NCBI RefSeq assembly: GCF_006345805.1
Contig: NW_021837043.1
Span: forward strand, 1-64,000
DNA from: Octopus sinensis
Taxonomy: Eukaryota
Reading direction: 5' to 3'
Length of the DNA stretch: 64,000 nucleotides
Shown here: positions 38,939-51,200 of the stretch, one piece after another
Layout of the letters: each line of letters starts with the position of its first letter
Numbering within the stretch: position 1 is the stretch's first letter
Notes under the pieces: model-generated
The model's input: the letters and a program-made list of their open reading frames with translations, nothing else
Databases searched by the model: none
What the model was told of the DNA's origin: nothing
Translations under genes and position numbers: made by a program

Positions 38939-40514
38939 TTAACCCTTTTGTTACCATGTTTCTATTGAGATACTCTGTGTTTCTTTAAATTAATTTTAAA
39001 TATAACAAAGAATTTAGTAAAATAGCTTAGTTATCATTAAGCTAGTTTTAGGAACATAAACTGTGACTAAGGTTTGGTGGAAAATTTTAATTCAGAACTT
39101 TTGAAAACAAGGCATTTGTACTACAGAACCAGAGGCAGTGTCAGTCAGGTTGGTATCAAAGGGGTTAAGTATAACAAGTAATTTAGTAAAATAACTTAGT
39201 TGTCATTCAGCTAGTGTTAGGAACATAAATTGTAACTAAGGTTTGGTGGAAGATTTTAATTCAGATCTTTTGAAAACAAGACATTTGTAATACAGAGCCA
39301 GAGGCAGTGTCAGCCAGGTTGGTATCAAAAGGGTTAAATATAACAAGGAATTTAGTAAAATAACATAGTTATCATTCAGCTGGTGTTAGGAACATAAATT
39401 GTGACAAAGGTTTGGTGGAAGATTTTAATTCAAAACTTACGAAAACAAGACATTTGTACTCAGAGCCAGAGGCAGTTCAGCCAGGTTGGTATCAAAAGGG
39501 TTAAATATAACAAGGAATTAAATAAAATAACTTAGTTATCATTAAGCTGGTGTTAGGAACATAAATTGTGACTAAGGTTTGGTGGAAGATTTTAATTCAG
39601 ATCTTTTGAAAACAAGACATTTGTAATACAGAGCCAGAGGCAGTTACAGCCAGGTTGGTATCAAAAGGGTTAAATATAACAAGGAATTAAATAAAATAAC
39701 TTAGTTATCATTAAGCTGGTGTTAGGAACATAAATTGTGACAAAGGTTTGGTGGAAGATTTTAATTCAAAACTTATGAAAACAAGACATTTGTACTACAG
39801 AGCCAGAGCCGGTTTCAGCCAGGTTGGTATCAAAAGGGTTAAATATAACAAGGAATTAAATAAAATAACTTAGTTATCATTAAGCTGGTGTTAGGAACAT
39901 AAATTGTGACTAAGGTTTGGTGGAAGATTTTAATTCAGATCTTTTGAAAACAAGACATTTGTAATACAGAGCCAGAGGCAGTTACAGCCAGGTTGGTATC
40001 AAAAGGGTTAAATATAACAAGGAATTAAATAAAATAACTTAGTTATCATTCAGCTAGTGTTAGGAACATAAATTGTGATTAAGGTTTGGTGGAAGATTTT
40101 AATTCAGATCTTTTGAAAACAAGACATTTGTACTCAGAGACAGAGGAAGTTACAGCCAGGTTGGTATCAAAAGGGTTAAATATAACAAGGAATTAAATAA
40201 AATAACTTAGTTATCATTCAGCTAGTGTTAGGAACATAAATTGTGACTAAGGTTTGGTGGAAGATTTTAATTCAGATCTTTTGAAAACAAGACATTTGTA
40301 CTCAGAGACAGAGGAAGTTACAGCCCGGTTGGTATCAAAAGAGTTAAATATAACAAGGAATTAATAAAATAACTTAGTTATCATTCAGCTAGTGTTAGGA
40401 ACATAAATTGTGACTAAGGTTTGGTGGAAGATTTTAATTCAGATCTTTTGAAAACAAGACATTTGTACTCAGAGACAGAGGAAGTTACAGCCCGGTTGGT
40501 ATCAAAAGAGTTAA
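38939..40514. repeat. ~169-bp tandem array (9 units) derived from a piggyBac-type MITE
   Basis: GGTATCAAA recurs at 39152, 39321, 39488, 39657, 39826, 39995, 40163, 40331 and 40498. The array begins TTAA-CCCTTTTGTTACCA and each unit ends TGGTATCAAAAG(G/A)G-TTAA. Confidence 0.93.
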
Positions 40515-41192
40515 AAAAGAAGGAAAAAACCATTATCTTAATGATTAATTTTAGTTAAGTAAGTCAAAGAAGATAATATTGTAATTAAGGTTAATTAAAA
40601 ATAGAATGTAATGAAGATTAAATTTGATCTTGGAAACACAGGATAATTCAGGACCTGTTTAGTGTTATTAGACTTTATCAGTAAAGTCTGAACTATTCTA
40701 ACTGTTGCTAGATTTATCTGAATGAATACTGAGTGATGTAATGACTTAAAACAGAACAGATTATTTTGTGATCATTTTTTTGTTGTAAATATTTATGAAT
40801 GTTTGTTACTGTCTTCAAAATTCTGAGTCATGTCAAAAAAACAAAATTAACACTGGATTTGAAAAAATCTACTGCCCATCACCAATGTATCCAAACTGAA
40901 AACTACTTCCCATTTTAGTTTTGACACTATTGAGACCTACTTTTGTCTTCACCAAGGCAATTGTTTGTTTTTGTTTTTGTTTTTACTTGTTTCAGTCATT
41001 TGACTGCGGCCATGCTGGAGCACCGCCTTTAGTCGAGCAAATCGACCCCGGGGACTTATTCTTTGTAAGCCCAGTACTTATTCTATCGGTCTCTTTTGCC
41101 GAACCGCTAAGTGACGGAGACGTAAACACACCAGCATCGGTTGTCAAGCAATGCTGGGGGGGACAAAAACAGACACACAAACACACACACAG

Positions 41193-41237
<45 letters not shown>

Positions 41238-43199
41238 CATATATACGACAGGCTTCTTTCAGTTTCCGTCTACCAAATCCACTCACAAGGCATTGGTCGG
41301 CCCGGGGCTACAGCAGAAGACACTTGCCCAAGATGCCACACAGTGGGACTGAACCCGGAACCATGTGGTTGGTTAGCAAGCTACTTACCACACAGCCACC
41401 AAGCATGTATATTTGAAAGTACTTGCTCTCTTGTCATAATAACTGAAGTAGCTCTAACTCTATATTCTGTTCTATTAACCTAAATCATGAATTAATTTCA
41501 TTGGTTAAGTGAAGTGTTTATTAAAGTTGGACCTTGGCTTTCAATCACCTAACACTATTCATCTCATGTTATTTTGGGGGTTTGTTTTTCTGCTTTCAAA
41601 CAATGTAATTTATCTGTATAATTTCATCCTTTCATCTCGAGCCACCAATTCAAATATTATTGAAACCAATCATTGTCTACATCCATTTCCTCCATCACTG
41701 GGGTCTTGATATGAAACTGAGGCATTCTTTCGATATAACTCAACAAAATCAAAACATTTCACTTCGGGTGTTTCCGTGGGTTGTGGAGTATAGATATAAC
41801 AAAGTTGGTGTGGCCTCCTGGCTTGCCAGTCCCCAGTCAAACTGTCCAATCCAATCCATGCCAGCAAAGAAAACGGACATTAAAAAGCACCCACTACACT
41901 CACGGAGTGGTTGGCGTTAGGAAGGGCGTCCAGCTGTGGAGGCATTGCCAGATAGGACTGGAGCCTGGTGCGGCCTTCTGGCTTCCCAGATCCCCGGTTG
42001 AACCGTCCAACCCATGCTAGCATGGAGAACGGACGTTAAACGATGATGATGATGATGATGACCTTCAAAGTCCTATTGGATACTTGGCATGACAGATTGT
42101 TTCAGCAAGTTCAGATAAATGAGATCAGCCTCAGTACCATCAAAAAAGAATTGTCCAATTCTTCTGAAGATAAGCCACTTCATACTGTAACTCCTAGTAA
42201 ATTAACATAACGTTCCTTCATAACTTGTGGGTTCTCATGTGCTGAGAGTAGATGCAATTGTGACTGGTAGTTGAACCATTTAATTTAAATATGGCCTCAT
42301 CACTCCAGACAACCTTTGTTGGAAAATATGCATCTTCTACACATTTTGCCAAGTACCACTCACAAAACTCCACACTCCAGTCCAGATCATATTGAAAGGC
42401 TGCACTGGAGTCCAATGCTTGCTTTAGCATGGTCACTTTGGCTGGATGCCCTTCCTAAAACTTACACTTTATAAGAGTGTACTGGGTGCTTTTTTTCTTT
42501 TCCCCAGTACAAAGGATATCTCTGTAAAACTCACAAAACTTAAGATTCTCTTTTACTGATTAAAAACCACAGAAAATTGCGAGACAGCTTTATGCTAGGT
42601 TTTACGGAGATGTACTTGCATAGCAAGTGATTTGATCTGAGATCGTGTGCTGAAACGAAAACAATTGCAGCGTGGAAGGTGTTTGTAAGCCATTTAAGAA
42701 ACACACAAAAGCAGTTCGATTAGGTGTTGAGCAGTTAAGATATAAACCTAGTTTCTTGTTGCAGAGAAACTACATGGCAGTTTCACATTTTATAAGATTG
42801 CATTGGAGTAATTTGGGTGGAGCTGGAAACATGGTGGTGACAAGTTTGTCAGAGTGGGCCTCAAAGCACCAAAAAGGGTGAATAGGTGAGGATGGAGACA
42901 GAAGAGTGGGGATGGTGGGTGAGTAGATACTGCAAGTGTGAATGGGGGAGAGTGAGTGAGGGATGGGTAGAGATGGAGGCAGGGATGAATGTAGTGAATG
43001 GGGAATAAGAGCGGTGGGGTGATTGATGATAAATATGGGTTAAAGAAAGTTTGGGGAGAGGATGTGATGACTGGTGGTACAGAAATGGGGAAAGAGTAGC
43101 AGAATAAATAGATGAGGGATGAGAGAAAGGGAGATGTTGAGTAGATGGTGGATTGGTAGGTTGGAATAGTGTGGAGACTGAGGGATGTATGTGGACAGA

Positions 43200-43432
43200 A
43201 GGCGGTGAGCTGGCAGAAACATTAGCACGCCGGGCGAAATGCTTAGCGGTATTTTGTCTGCCGTTACGTTCTGAGTTCAAATTCTGCCGAGGTCGACTTT
43301 GCCTTTCATCCTTTCCGGATTGATACATTAAGTACCAGTTATGCTCTGGGATTGATGTAATTGACTTAATCCCTTTGACTGTCCTTGTTTGTCCCCTCTA
43401 TGTCTAGCCCCTTGTGGGCAATAAAGAAATAA
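43200..43432 (+). mobile_element. SINE family B (Meta-domain-like), representative copy
   Basis: GGCGGTGAGCTGGCAGAA head, B box GAGTTCAAATTC, central GACTTTGCCTTTCATCCTT...GATAAA..AAGTACC, tail AATAAAGAAATA. Other copies approx. 16868-17443, 20950-21182+, 36243-36480-, 55315-55637, 60120-60535-, 62797-63031-. Confidence 0.8.
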
Positions 43433-43456
43433 GAGGTGGAAGTGGTCAGGCATATA

Positions 43457-43659
43457 TACAGGGTGCAGCAGAAATACCTCCCACGTTTGAAAGGTTGACA
43501 AAAGGAAAAATAAACAACATCTATGAAAAATTAATTTCACTGTTGTTTAAACAAAGAGTTACAGTTTTTGTTCATTAGCTAAATGCAAACATCATTGGCA
43601 CTTGCGTAAGTTCTAGGTGAAAGTTTAATATGTGGGAGGTATTTCTGCCGCACCCTGTA
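43457..43659. mobile_element. Tc1/mariner MITE
   Basis: TA-CAGGGTGCAGCAGAAATACCTCCCAC ... GTGGGAGGTATTTCTGCCGCACCCTG-TA. Confidence 0.85.
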
Positions 43660-44002
43660 GTAGTGAGTCAACAGGAAACGGTTTAAGGAGAGGGAGAAAT
43701 AATCTGTAGCAGAGAAGGATGATCAATGTAAAATATGGATAGAGAGGGACAATGGTTAAAAATGATTGATAGCTCTCAAAGAAAGTGGTTCTGGGCATTG
43801 GAGAGTATATCAGCTGAATTGTTGTTAACAACAAACAAGATGAGGACAAATATCCGTCAAATGTAAATAATGTAAATAATTTTTCATCTCATAAATATAG
43901 AACTGTATTCATGCTCTTTATTAATATCTAGAATATTTATCTATATGAATTGTTTTTGATGAAAATTTGAAAATGATAACATTCTTCTCAGCAATAAATA
44001 AA

Positions 44003-44396
44003 TGGAATGGGTGTATACTGTCAATCTAACACGAACGTGACAGTAGGGGGCTACACCACCGCTGTTTAGCCCTAGGAAGCCTCGACGCCTCCTGATGGCT
44101 TTGACACATTTTTCCTGTGTCCTTATATACATTTACGAAGGGGAGACAAATACCCCCAGCCGCCCGGACTGCATCTAGGGACACGTGTTTCAGGATTGTC
44201 CTTCGTCCCTACGTGTCCCTAGATGCAGCCCGGGCGGCTGGGGGTATTTGTCTCCCCTTCGTAAATGTATATAAGGACACAGGAAAAATGTGTCAAAGCC
44301 ATCATGAGGCGTCGAGGCTTCCTAGGACTAAACAGCGGTGGTGTACCCCCCCCTACTGTCACGTTCGTGTTAGATTGACAGTATACAACCATTCTA
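44003..44396. repeat. Near-perfect palindrome / foldback element (arms ~185 bp, 24-nt loop)
   Basis: 44003-44186 is the reverse complement of 44211-44396 with few mismatches. The ORF track shows the mirrored peptide PYCHVRVRLTVY on both strands. Confidence 0.95.
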
Positions 44397-44499
44397 TCGC
44401 CCCACCACCGTACATGTCTCTACGAGAGATTTAGAAATTTAGCATTTCTAATGAATAAATGATGACTTCTTTATATTCCATTTAGCAAATCAATCAATT

Positions 44500-44847
44500 A
44501 TGGATGAGCAGTGTGAAGAGCAATTACATATCGGAATTCTGGAAATTCAGGGTGGCTTTTCTGAACATAAGGCTGCTCTGATAAAAGCTGCACAACTTAT
44601 GGGAAATGAAGCAATGCTAAAAATCTATTCTGTACGCAAAGCTGAAGATCTGCTTTCCAAACTTTGTGGTTTGATTATTCCTGGAGGGGAAAGTACTACG
44701 ATGGGTCTCTTCATCACACGCAACAAAATGGCAGATGCCCTACAAGACTGGATCAAAGATGAAAAACATATCGCGTGGGGAACGTGTGCCGGCCTGATCA
44801 TGTTAGCAAATCAATCAGAGAAACAGAAAATTGGTGGACAGTCTTTG
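44500..44847 (+). CDS. PDX2: Pyridoxal 5'-phosphate synthase glutaminase subunit (PDX2/SNO/PdxT), coding exon 1
   Basis: Contains GILEIQGGFSEH, LIIPGGESTTM and WGTCAGLIMLA (catalytic Cys). tttag acceptor at 44481-44485 lies before the ATG; phase-0 TTG|gtaaga donor at 44847/8. Confidence 0.95.
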
Positions 44848-45701
44848 GTAAGATATTTGATATTTGATTTCTTGTTGTAATAATCAGAATGTACAGTAAT
44901 GGAGTTGAAGAAATTTATTTATTGAACTAAATATCTTTGAGTATTTAGTTTTGGTTCCTCTACAGTTTGGAAGGTCGTAAAGAAATGGCGGAATCAGATT
45001 TTCCTTACAACTGTCATCTGTTCAGGAGAACTGTGTTAGTTAAGAATTTTATTGCACGTAGTTTGAAATAATATTTTTTTCCTTTCCCGCTGATGCATTG
45101 ACATTTCAACTTGGAGTGGTTGTGACCCGATGGGTTATGGAAGGTACATCTAGTAATAATAATAATTACGTTTATATATTTGTTGTGCAAGATTTTTTAT
45201 GTGAAGTCGTGTGTTGAAACAGACATTGTTGTATTTCGGAATGGTCATTTTGCCAGTTTAGCCAATAAAAATACACACACTATTAGTGTCCTTCAGCTTC
45301 TTGCTAGCCTGGCTATGGCTCACACTATTACGTAAAATACACCAATCCGACCGTGGCCGTTGCCAGCCTCGCCTGGCACCTATGCAGGTGGCACGTAAAA
45401 AGCACCCACTACACTCATGGAGTGGTTGGCGTTAGGAAGGGCATCCAGCTGTAGAAACATTGCCAGATAAGACCGGAGCCTGGTGCAGCCTCCTGGCTTC
45501 CCAGATCCCCGGTCAAACCGTCCAACCCATGGAGAACGGACGTTAAACGATGATGATGATGATGATGATTTGTTGTGCAAGGTTTTTTATAGTGCGTGTG
45601 TTTTTATTGGCTAAACTGGCAAAATGACCATTCCGAAATACAACAATAATAATAATGATAATAATAATAATAATAGCAACAACTCGTTTATATATTTTCA
45701 G

Positions 45702-46040
45702 ATTGGTGGACTTGATATTGTGGTCTCTCGTAACTATTTTGGCCGTCAAGTGAACAGTTTCCAAGGGAAGGTGAAGATTGTGGATAAAAGTCTTCTCAAA
45801 GAAAACACACCTAGTTATTTCGAAGGAGTCTTTATCCGTGCTCCTGCAGTTGTCAAAGTAAACAGCCCCGAAGTCTCTACCCTTGCTGTTCTTCCGCATT
45901 CGTCGAAAGAAAAATCTGACACAATAGTAGCCGTGAAGCAGAAGAACATAATAGGCACAGCGTTCCACCCCGAGTTAACGGAAGACCTTCGGTGGCACGA
46001 ATATTTTCTGAAAATTGTCCTTTCTGTACAGAATCATTGA
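45702..46040 (+). CDS. PDX2: PDX2/SNO/PdxT, coding exon 2
   Basis: ttttcag|ATT phase-0 acceptor. Contains IGGLDIVVSRNYFGRQVNSF, GVFIRAP and GTAFHPEL (catalytic His/Glu), ending in TGA. Joined protein is 228 aa with no disabling lesions. Confidence 0.95.
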   Translation: MGGLDIVVSRNYFGRQVNSFQGKVKIVDKSLLKENTPSYFEGVFIRAPAVVKVNSPEVSTLAVLPHSSKEKSDTIVAVKQKNIIGTAFHPELTEDLRWHEYFLKIVLSVQNH

Positions 46041-46423
46041 AAATGTTTGATTGCAATTTGGAATATGATATTTTTGAATGTTTGATGATATTAAAATTAC
46101 AATAACAATACCTTTGATACGTATTTTATTATTTTCATACCAGAGTTTTAGCTTTGGTTCACCTGAATTATTGTATTGCTTCGAATATACTTTTATGGGA
46201 GGCGCAATGGCCCAGTGGTTAGGGCAGCGGACTCGCGGTCGTAGGATCGCGGTTTCGATTTAACCTTACACTAGAATTTTTTTTTTTTTAACACATAAGA
46301 AAACAAAGCAAGAAAACAAATAAAAAGGTTACAAGATCGAACCCGGCAGCCTATAAGGCCCAGCAACTATCTTTAATTTAAAGGATATAAATGCCGTTTT
46401 TAAATACGCTTTACTCTATAAGT

Positions 46424-46810
46424 AGTGGAGGCGCAATGGCCCAGTGGTTAGGGCAGCGGACTCGCGGTCGTAGGATCGCGGTTTCGATTCCCAGACCGGG
46501 CGTTGTGCGTGTTTATTGAGCGAAAACACCTAAAGCTCCACGAGGCTCCAGCAGGGGATGGTGGTGATCCCTGTTGTACTCTTTCACTACAACTTTCTCT
46601 CACTCTTACTTCCTGTTTCTGTTGTACCTGTATTTCAAGGGGCCGGCCTTGTCACTCTCTGTGTCACGCTGAATATCCCCGAGAACTATGTTAAGGGTAC
46701 ACGTGTCTGTGGAGTGCTCAGCCACTTACATGTTAATTTCACGAGCAGGCTGTTCCACTGATCGGATCAACCGGAACCCTCGTCGTCGTAACCGACGGAG
46801 TGCTTCCATA
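46424..46810 (+). mobile_element. tRNA-derived SINE family C, representative copy
   Basis: GGCGCAATGGCCCAGTGGTTAGGGCAGCGGACTCGCGG...GGTTTCGATTCCC tRNA-like head followed by a non-tRNA body. Other copies approx. 16119-16413-, 17445-17753-, 21596-21982-, 46197-46260+, 50366-50877-, 57660-57910-, 59588-59778+. Confidence 0.8.
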
Positions 46811-47164
46811 TACTTTTATGAATTTTTGTTGCAAGATTCTTGATGTGAAACCGTGTGTTGCAACAGACATTGTTGTATTTTGGGATGGTCATTTTTTTAT
46901 TTATGCCAAAGAAACACACTCACACTATATATTTATTCTTCACTTTTTTAATACTATTTTTATTCTAACTCATGTCCATTGTCTAGAAATCTTTCGTCAC
47001 ACATCTGTGACCTCTTCAGCGAATGGACTAAATGGAGCAGGAGCACACACACAAGGACAGAAAGTGTTACTGAAGACAAAAGATGTCTGGACAATAGACA
47101 TCATCATCATCATCATCACCATCATCATCACTGCCATCATCATCATCACCATCATCACCACCAC

Positions 47165-47199
<35 letters not shown>

Positions 47200-47290
47200 C
47201 CATCATCATCACCACCACCACCATCACCATCATCATCATCATCACCATCATCACCACCATCATCATCATCATCACCATCATCATCACCAC

Positions 47291-47324
<34 letters not shown>

Positions 47325-48230
47325 GTTTAACGTCCGCTTTCCATGCTGGCATGGGTTGGACGGTTCAACTGGGGTCTGGGAAGCCAGGAGGCTGTACCAG
47401 GCTCCAGTCTGATCTGGCAATGTTTCTACGGCTGGATGCCCTTCCTAACGCCAACCACTCCGTGAGTGTAGTGGGTGCTTTCTACGTGTCACCGGCACAG
47501 CGTGCCACCGAATTAACAAGTGAAAAATAAATATACAGTGTGTGTATTTATTTGGCTGAAACAAGTAAAAGAATGAAAAAAGACGTGAATGGTAAATTGC
47601 TTTGTTGAAACTAACAATTCGATAACAACAATAATTCAAACATCTATCTCAAAGTTTTGATGTCCCCCTAGCATTGCTTGACAACTGATGCTGGTGTGTT
47701 TATGTCCCTGTCACTTAGCGGTTTGGCAAAAGAGACCGATAAGTACTGGGCTTACAAAGAATAAGTTCCGGGGTCGATTTGCTCGACTAAAGGCGGTGAT
47801 CCAGCATGGCTGCTGTGTAATGACTGAAACAAGTAAAAGAGTAAAAGAGTCCTGGTTAATGATTCATTTTGTGAGAAAAAAAAGGTAGTGGGGGGGGGGG
47901 GTCAACCTTGGAATTTAAATCAATTACAATGAATTGTGACTAGAATGTCGAGGGGGAATGATTTGACGCGCACGAGTGTTGACTTGCTTCATGCTCTTGT
48001 TTGATGGTGCGGGGGTCGTACCAAGTTAGTGGTCTCAGAGACGTCATCTCGTGCCAGCCCCTCTGCATTCTTCAAGTGTTGACTACGAATTGTTACACAA
48101 TTTCACGTCTGTTAAACAACAGCTGAACATTTTCTCACGCAGTACGGGATAAAAAAGAAAAGAAACCCCAAAACAGAACAAATTGTTTTGGGTCTACAGT
48201 AAGAAGTATTTTCCTTAGAATATTTTAAAG

Positions 48231-51200
48231 CAGTGGTTCTCAAACATTTTTTTCTCTGGGGCCCACTTTTCGTATCCCCCAAATCCAGGCCCACTGGAAT
48301 GAGGAACTCTCTTATTAGCACTACTGATTTAATATAAGTAGCCAATTTTATGTTGCCTTGAAACGGTTAATGTAGAGAAAGACGGACAAATTCGGCCTGT
48401 TGCATAAATCCTTCTGTCCCTAAAGAGTTAAATTCTGTCTGTGGTATAGAAATTTCGAATTTTTCCAACGGCTTGCATGCGGCCCAGACATCTTAAGTCG
48501 TAAATTCCCTCTCTTCTCGATTTATAGTACATTTCTTTTATCTGTGAGGACTTCATTTACTGCAGAAAATCTAGCTTCAACCAACCACATTGTAGAAAAC
48601 TATAAAAAAAAGGGCACCACCTTTTCAATCCACCTTTTTGGAGTCTCCCCATCGAAAGATTGTTTTCTTTAAGTTTGACTAAATCTGCTGCAATGATAGG
48701 ATCGATGCCTTCCTCTCTTAAAATATCAAAACACCAGCAATCCACTCTGGAGGTTTTATTTCGATGACATCCTTGAACCGTTGATTGATATCTTCTCTTA
48801 AGCTTTCCAAATGATTTGTACAGCTTGCGATGACATCGGTGGAAAGAGAGGATTTTGCCAAGTTGCCGAAGAACGCAAACGCCCTATTCTACAGATGAAG
48901 CTGCCAAGGGTTTAATATGATAACGAAAGCGCAAATTTTTTCTTTGCAAGGTTTTATTCAGTTGGTTGACATGCGAAACCAGATCAGCCAAGTAGAAAAT
49001 TTTAGTCTTTGTATCATCTTCATTCATGGCTGAAAACAGGTCATTGGCCTTACCTTTCTGTTTCCTTGTGCAGGCTTGCGATTTCATAAGATGGATGAAG
49101 GACAGAACCATGCTCCACATTTCAGCTAGACAAAGAAGGGAATTGCTTTTGGAGAGTCATCGACCCTCGGTGTGCATAAGCAGTGTCTCGTGATCTTCGT
49201 TTTCGCATAGCTTTTGAAAAATACAGTCGTGAAGGGCATTGGCTTTGATGAAATTGATCGCTGAAACAGCAACTTCTAATGCCATCTCCATATCGCCACC
49301 AAGGGATTTTGAAGTCAGATCTTCCCGATGAAAGATGCAATGGATGGACAACAAATACGGAGCAACTTCTTTGAATTTTGCTATGAAAATATTGTGTATG
49401 CCGGTCATCGACACAAGCACTATCTGTCGCGATTTGGAAGAGGTTTTCCAGGGGGATTCCCGTCTTTTGAAGATATCCATAAACAGCTGAAAATATAGTT
49501 TCACTTTTTGTATCCGGCAGTTTCTTCATGGAGAGCAAGTCTTCAAGCATCTTTGTTTCGTCAACATATGGAACATACGCCAGTAGCAAAGAGGACTTAC
49601 TAATGGCAGTCTCGTCGATTTGGAACGAGAACTTCGAGGCTCTTAGTGTCTCAACCAGCTGTTCTTCGTGGTTTTCCGCCGTCTCATCTTGTCTGCGCTT
49701 GACAGTATCATTTGAAAGGGAGATTCTTTTTGTAAGACAGTTGCGGCGTCTTACCAAAATAGTTCATGAAGTTCACTCACACAGATAACCATAGCTGGTT
49801 TGACCAAACTTTCACCAATTGTGTGGCTTACCTGCTTTCGCGATGAAGTGACTCACCAAGTAGCTCAGTTAAGTATATTTTTGGTTTCCTCATTTGCTCT
49901 TTACATAAACAGCTTATGTGGTTGGGGCTTATTCTTCTGTCGCTGCTTGGCTTTCTTCTCAAAATAACTACGCTCTTTGCATAAGAACCAGGATACTGCA
50001 CTTGTTGATGTCTACGGAGCTTGGATTTCTTTATGGAATCATTTATCGTTATCAACCCACATTCAACACATTGAAGCTTATCCGAGCCATTACTTGAGGG
50101 CAAAAAACCAAGTAGTAAAACTCTTGTTAGTAATTGCGCATAAACGGCATTTTATTTGAGCATCTTGAAGCCATGGTAGGAAGTTGATAGCTACAGAAAA
50201 TAGAATGTAAAAATCAGAACTTTGTGAGAAAAGAAATCACTGTCACATTGAGAACAGAAAACGTAGATATAGAAACCAAAAAACTGAATTCTAATAACTT
50301 TTAAATTTAGTGCTTCTTATCGCTCGGGAATTAGATCCAAGCAAAAAGCTATTCAGTGGAAATGTTTGTTCCTTCTCGAGCCACACCTGGCTCATAAGGG
50401 CCGGTTTCCCCGGTTTCCTTGGCCTATAGGTTCCCCACCTGGATGGGACGCCGGTCCATCGCTTGTGAGCTGCAAGAGGAGAGAGTGAAAGTTGTGGCGA
50501 AAGAGTCAGCAGAAGTTCGCCATTACCTTCTGTCGGAGCCGCGTGGAACTTAGGTGTTTCACTCATAAACACACACAAATCGCCCGATCTGTGATTCGAA
50601 CCCGCGATCCCTCGACCGCGAGTCCGCTGCTCTAACCACTAGGTCATGTGCCTCCACACACAGAAATATACAGTATGTAATTGCAGCCAATAACTGGGCT
50701 CCTTTTATTGAGCTTGGTTGCAGTTAATTTATTTTCTTTCAGTGTCTGGCGGTCGTCTTAGAAGTGCACCATGTTAAAAAAAAATTATCTTTCATAGCAG
50801 ATGTTCTCTTGACATCATTCACATGCTCCCTCGACCACGAGTCCGCTGCTCCATCTGCAAGGCCATGTGCCTCTACATTCAGTGAAAATAGGTATTTGAA
50901 AGTCAATAAAATAACATGACGATATTATATCCCATATTATGCCGCATATATTCCAAAAACACTTGCATATGATGTCGTAAAATTGCTTCTTTCAAATTCA
51001 AACGGTCAATACAAGGAGCAGACGATGTGAGCCTGAGCAGAATGTCGCAATTAATGATATCAAAACGTTTTCAGTTTTTAATAAGCTTGCAAAATTATTG
51101 GACAGTCAACATTCGATCACACTTGCCTTTAAACTCTGGTGCGCACGTATAAGCGTTTTGATCAACAGCCTGAGGTGTTTGCTCTGGCAAACCACAGCGG

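Noticed and set aside
38939-40514. CRISPR-like periodic array (also 32579-32654 and 57331-57575)
   Set aside because: Whole units are repeated with no unique spacers, there are no cas genes, and the context is eukaryotic.
30000-44400. PDX1/SNZ partner expected next to PDX2, as in fungi and bacteria
   Set aside because: No KGGVIMDV, RIGH, GEAGTG or AAGG.ATPADA motifs were recognised; very short exons could have been missed by eye.
46197-46500. tRNA-like sequences
   Set aside because: They are SINE family C heads that continue into SINE body; there is no proper acceptor stem or terminator.
46979-47530. Poly-His, poly-Met, poly-Val and HT-repeat ORFs (also 18234-18710, 20144-20722, 52403-52810, 63187-63906)
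   Set aside because: These are microsatellite reading frames without splice or homology support.
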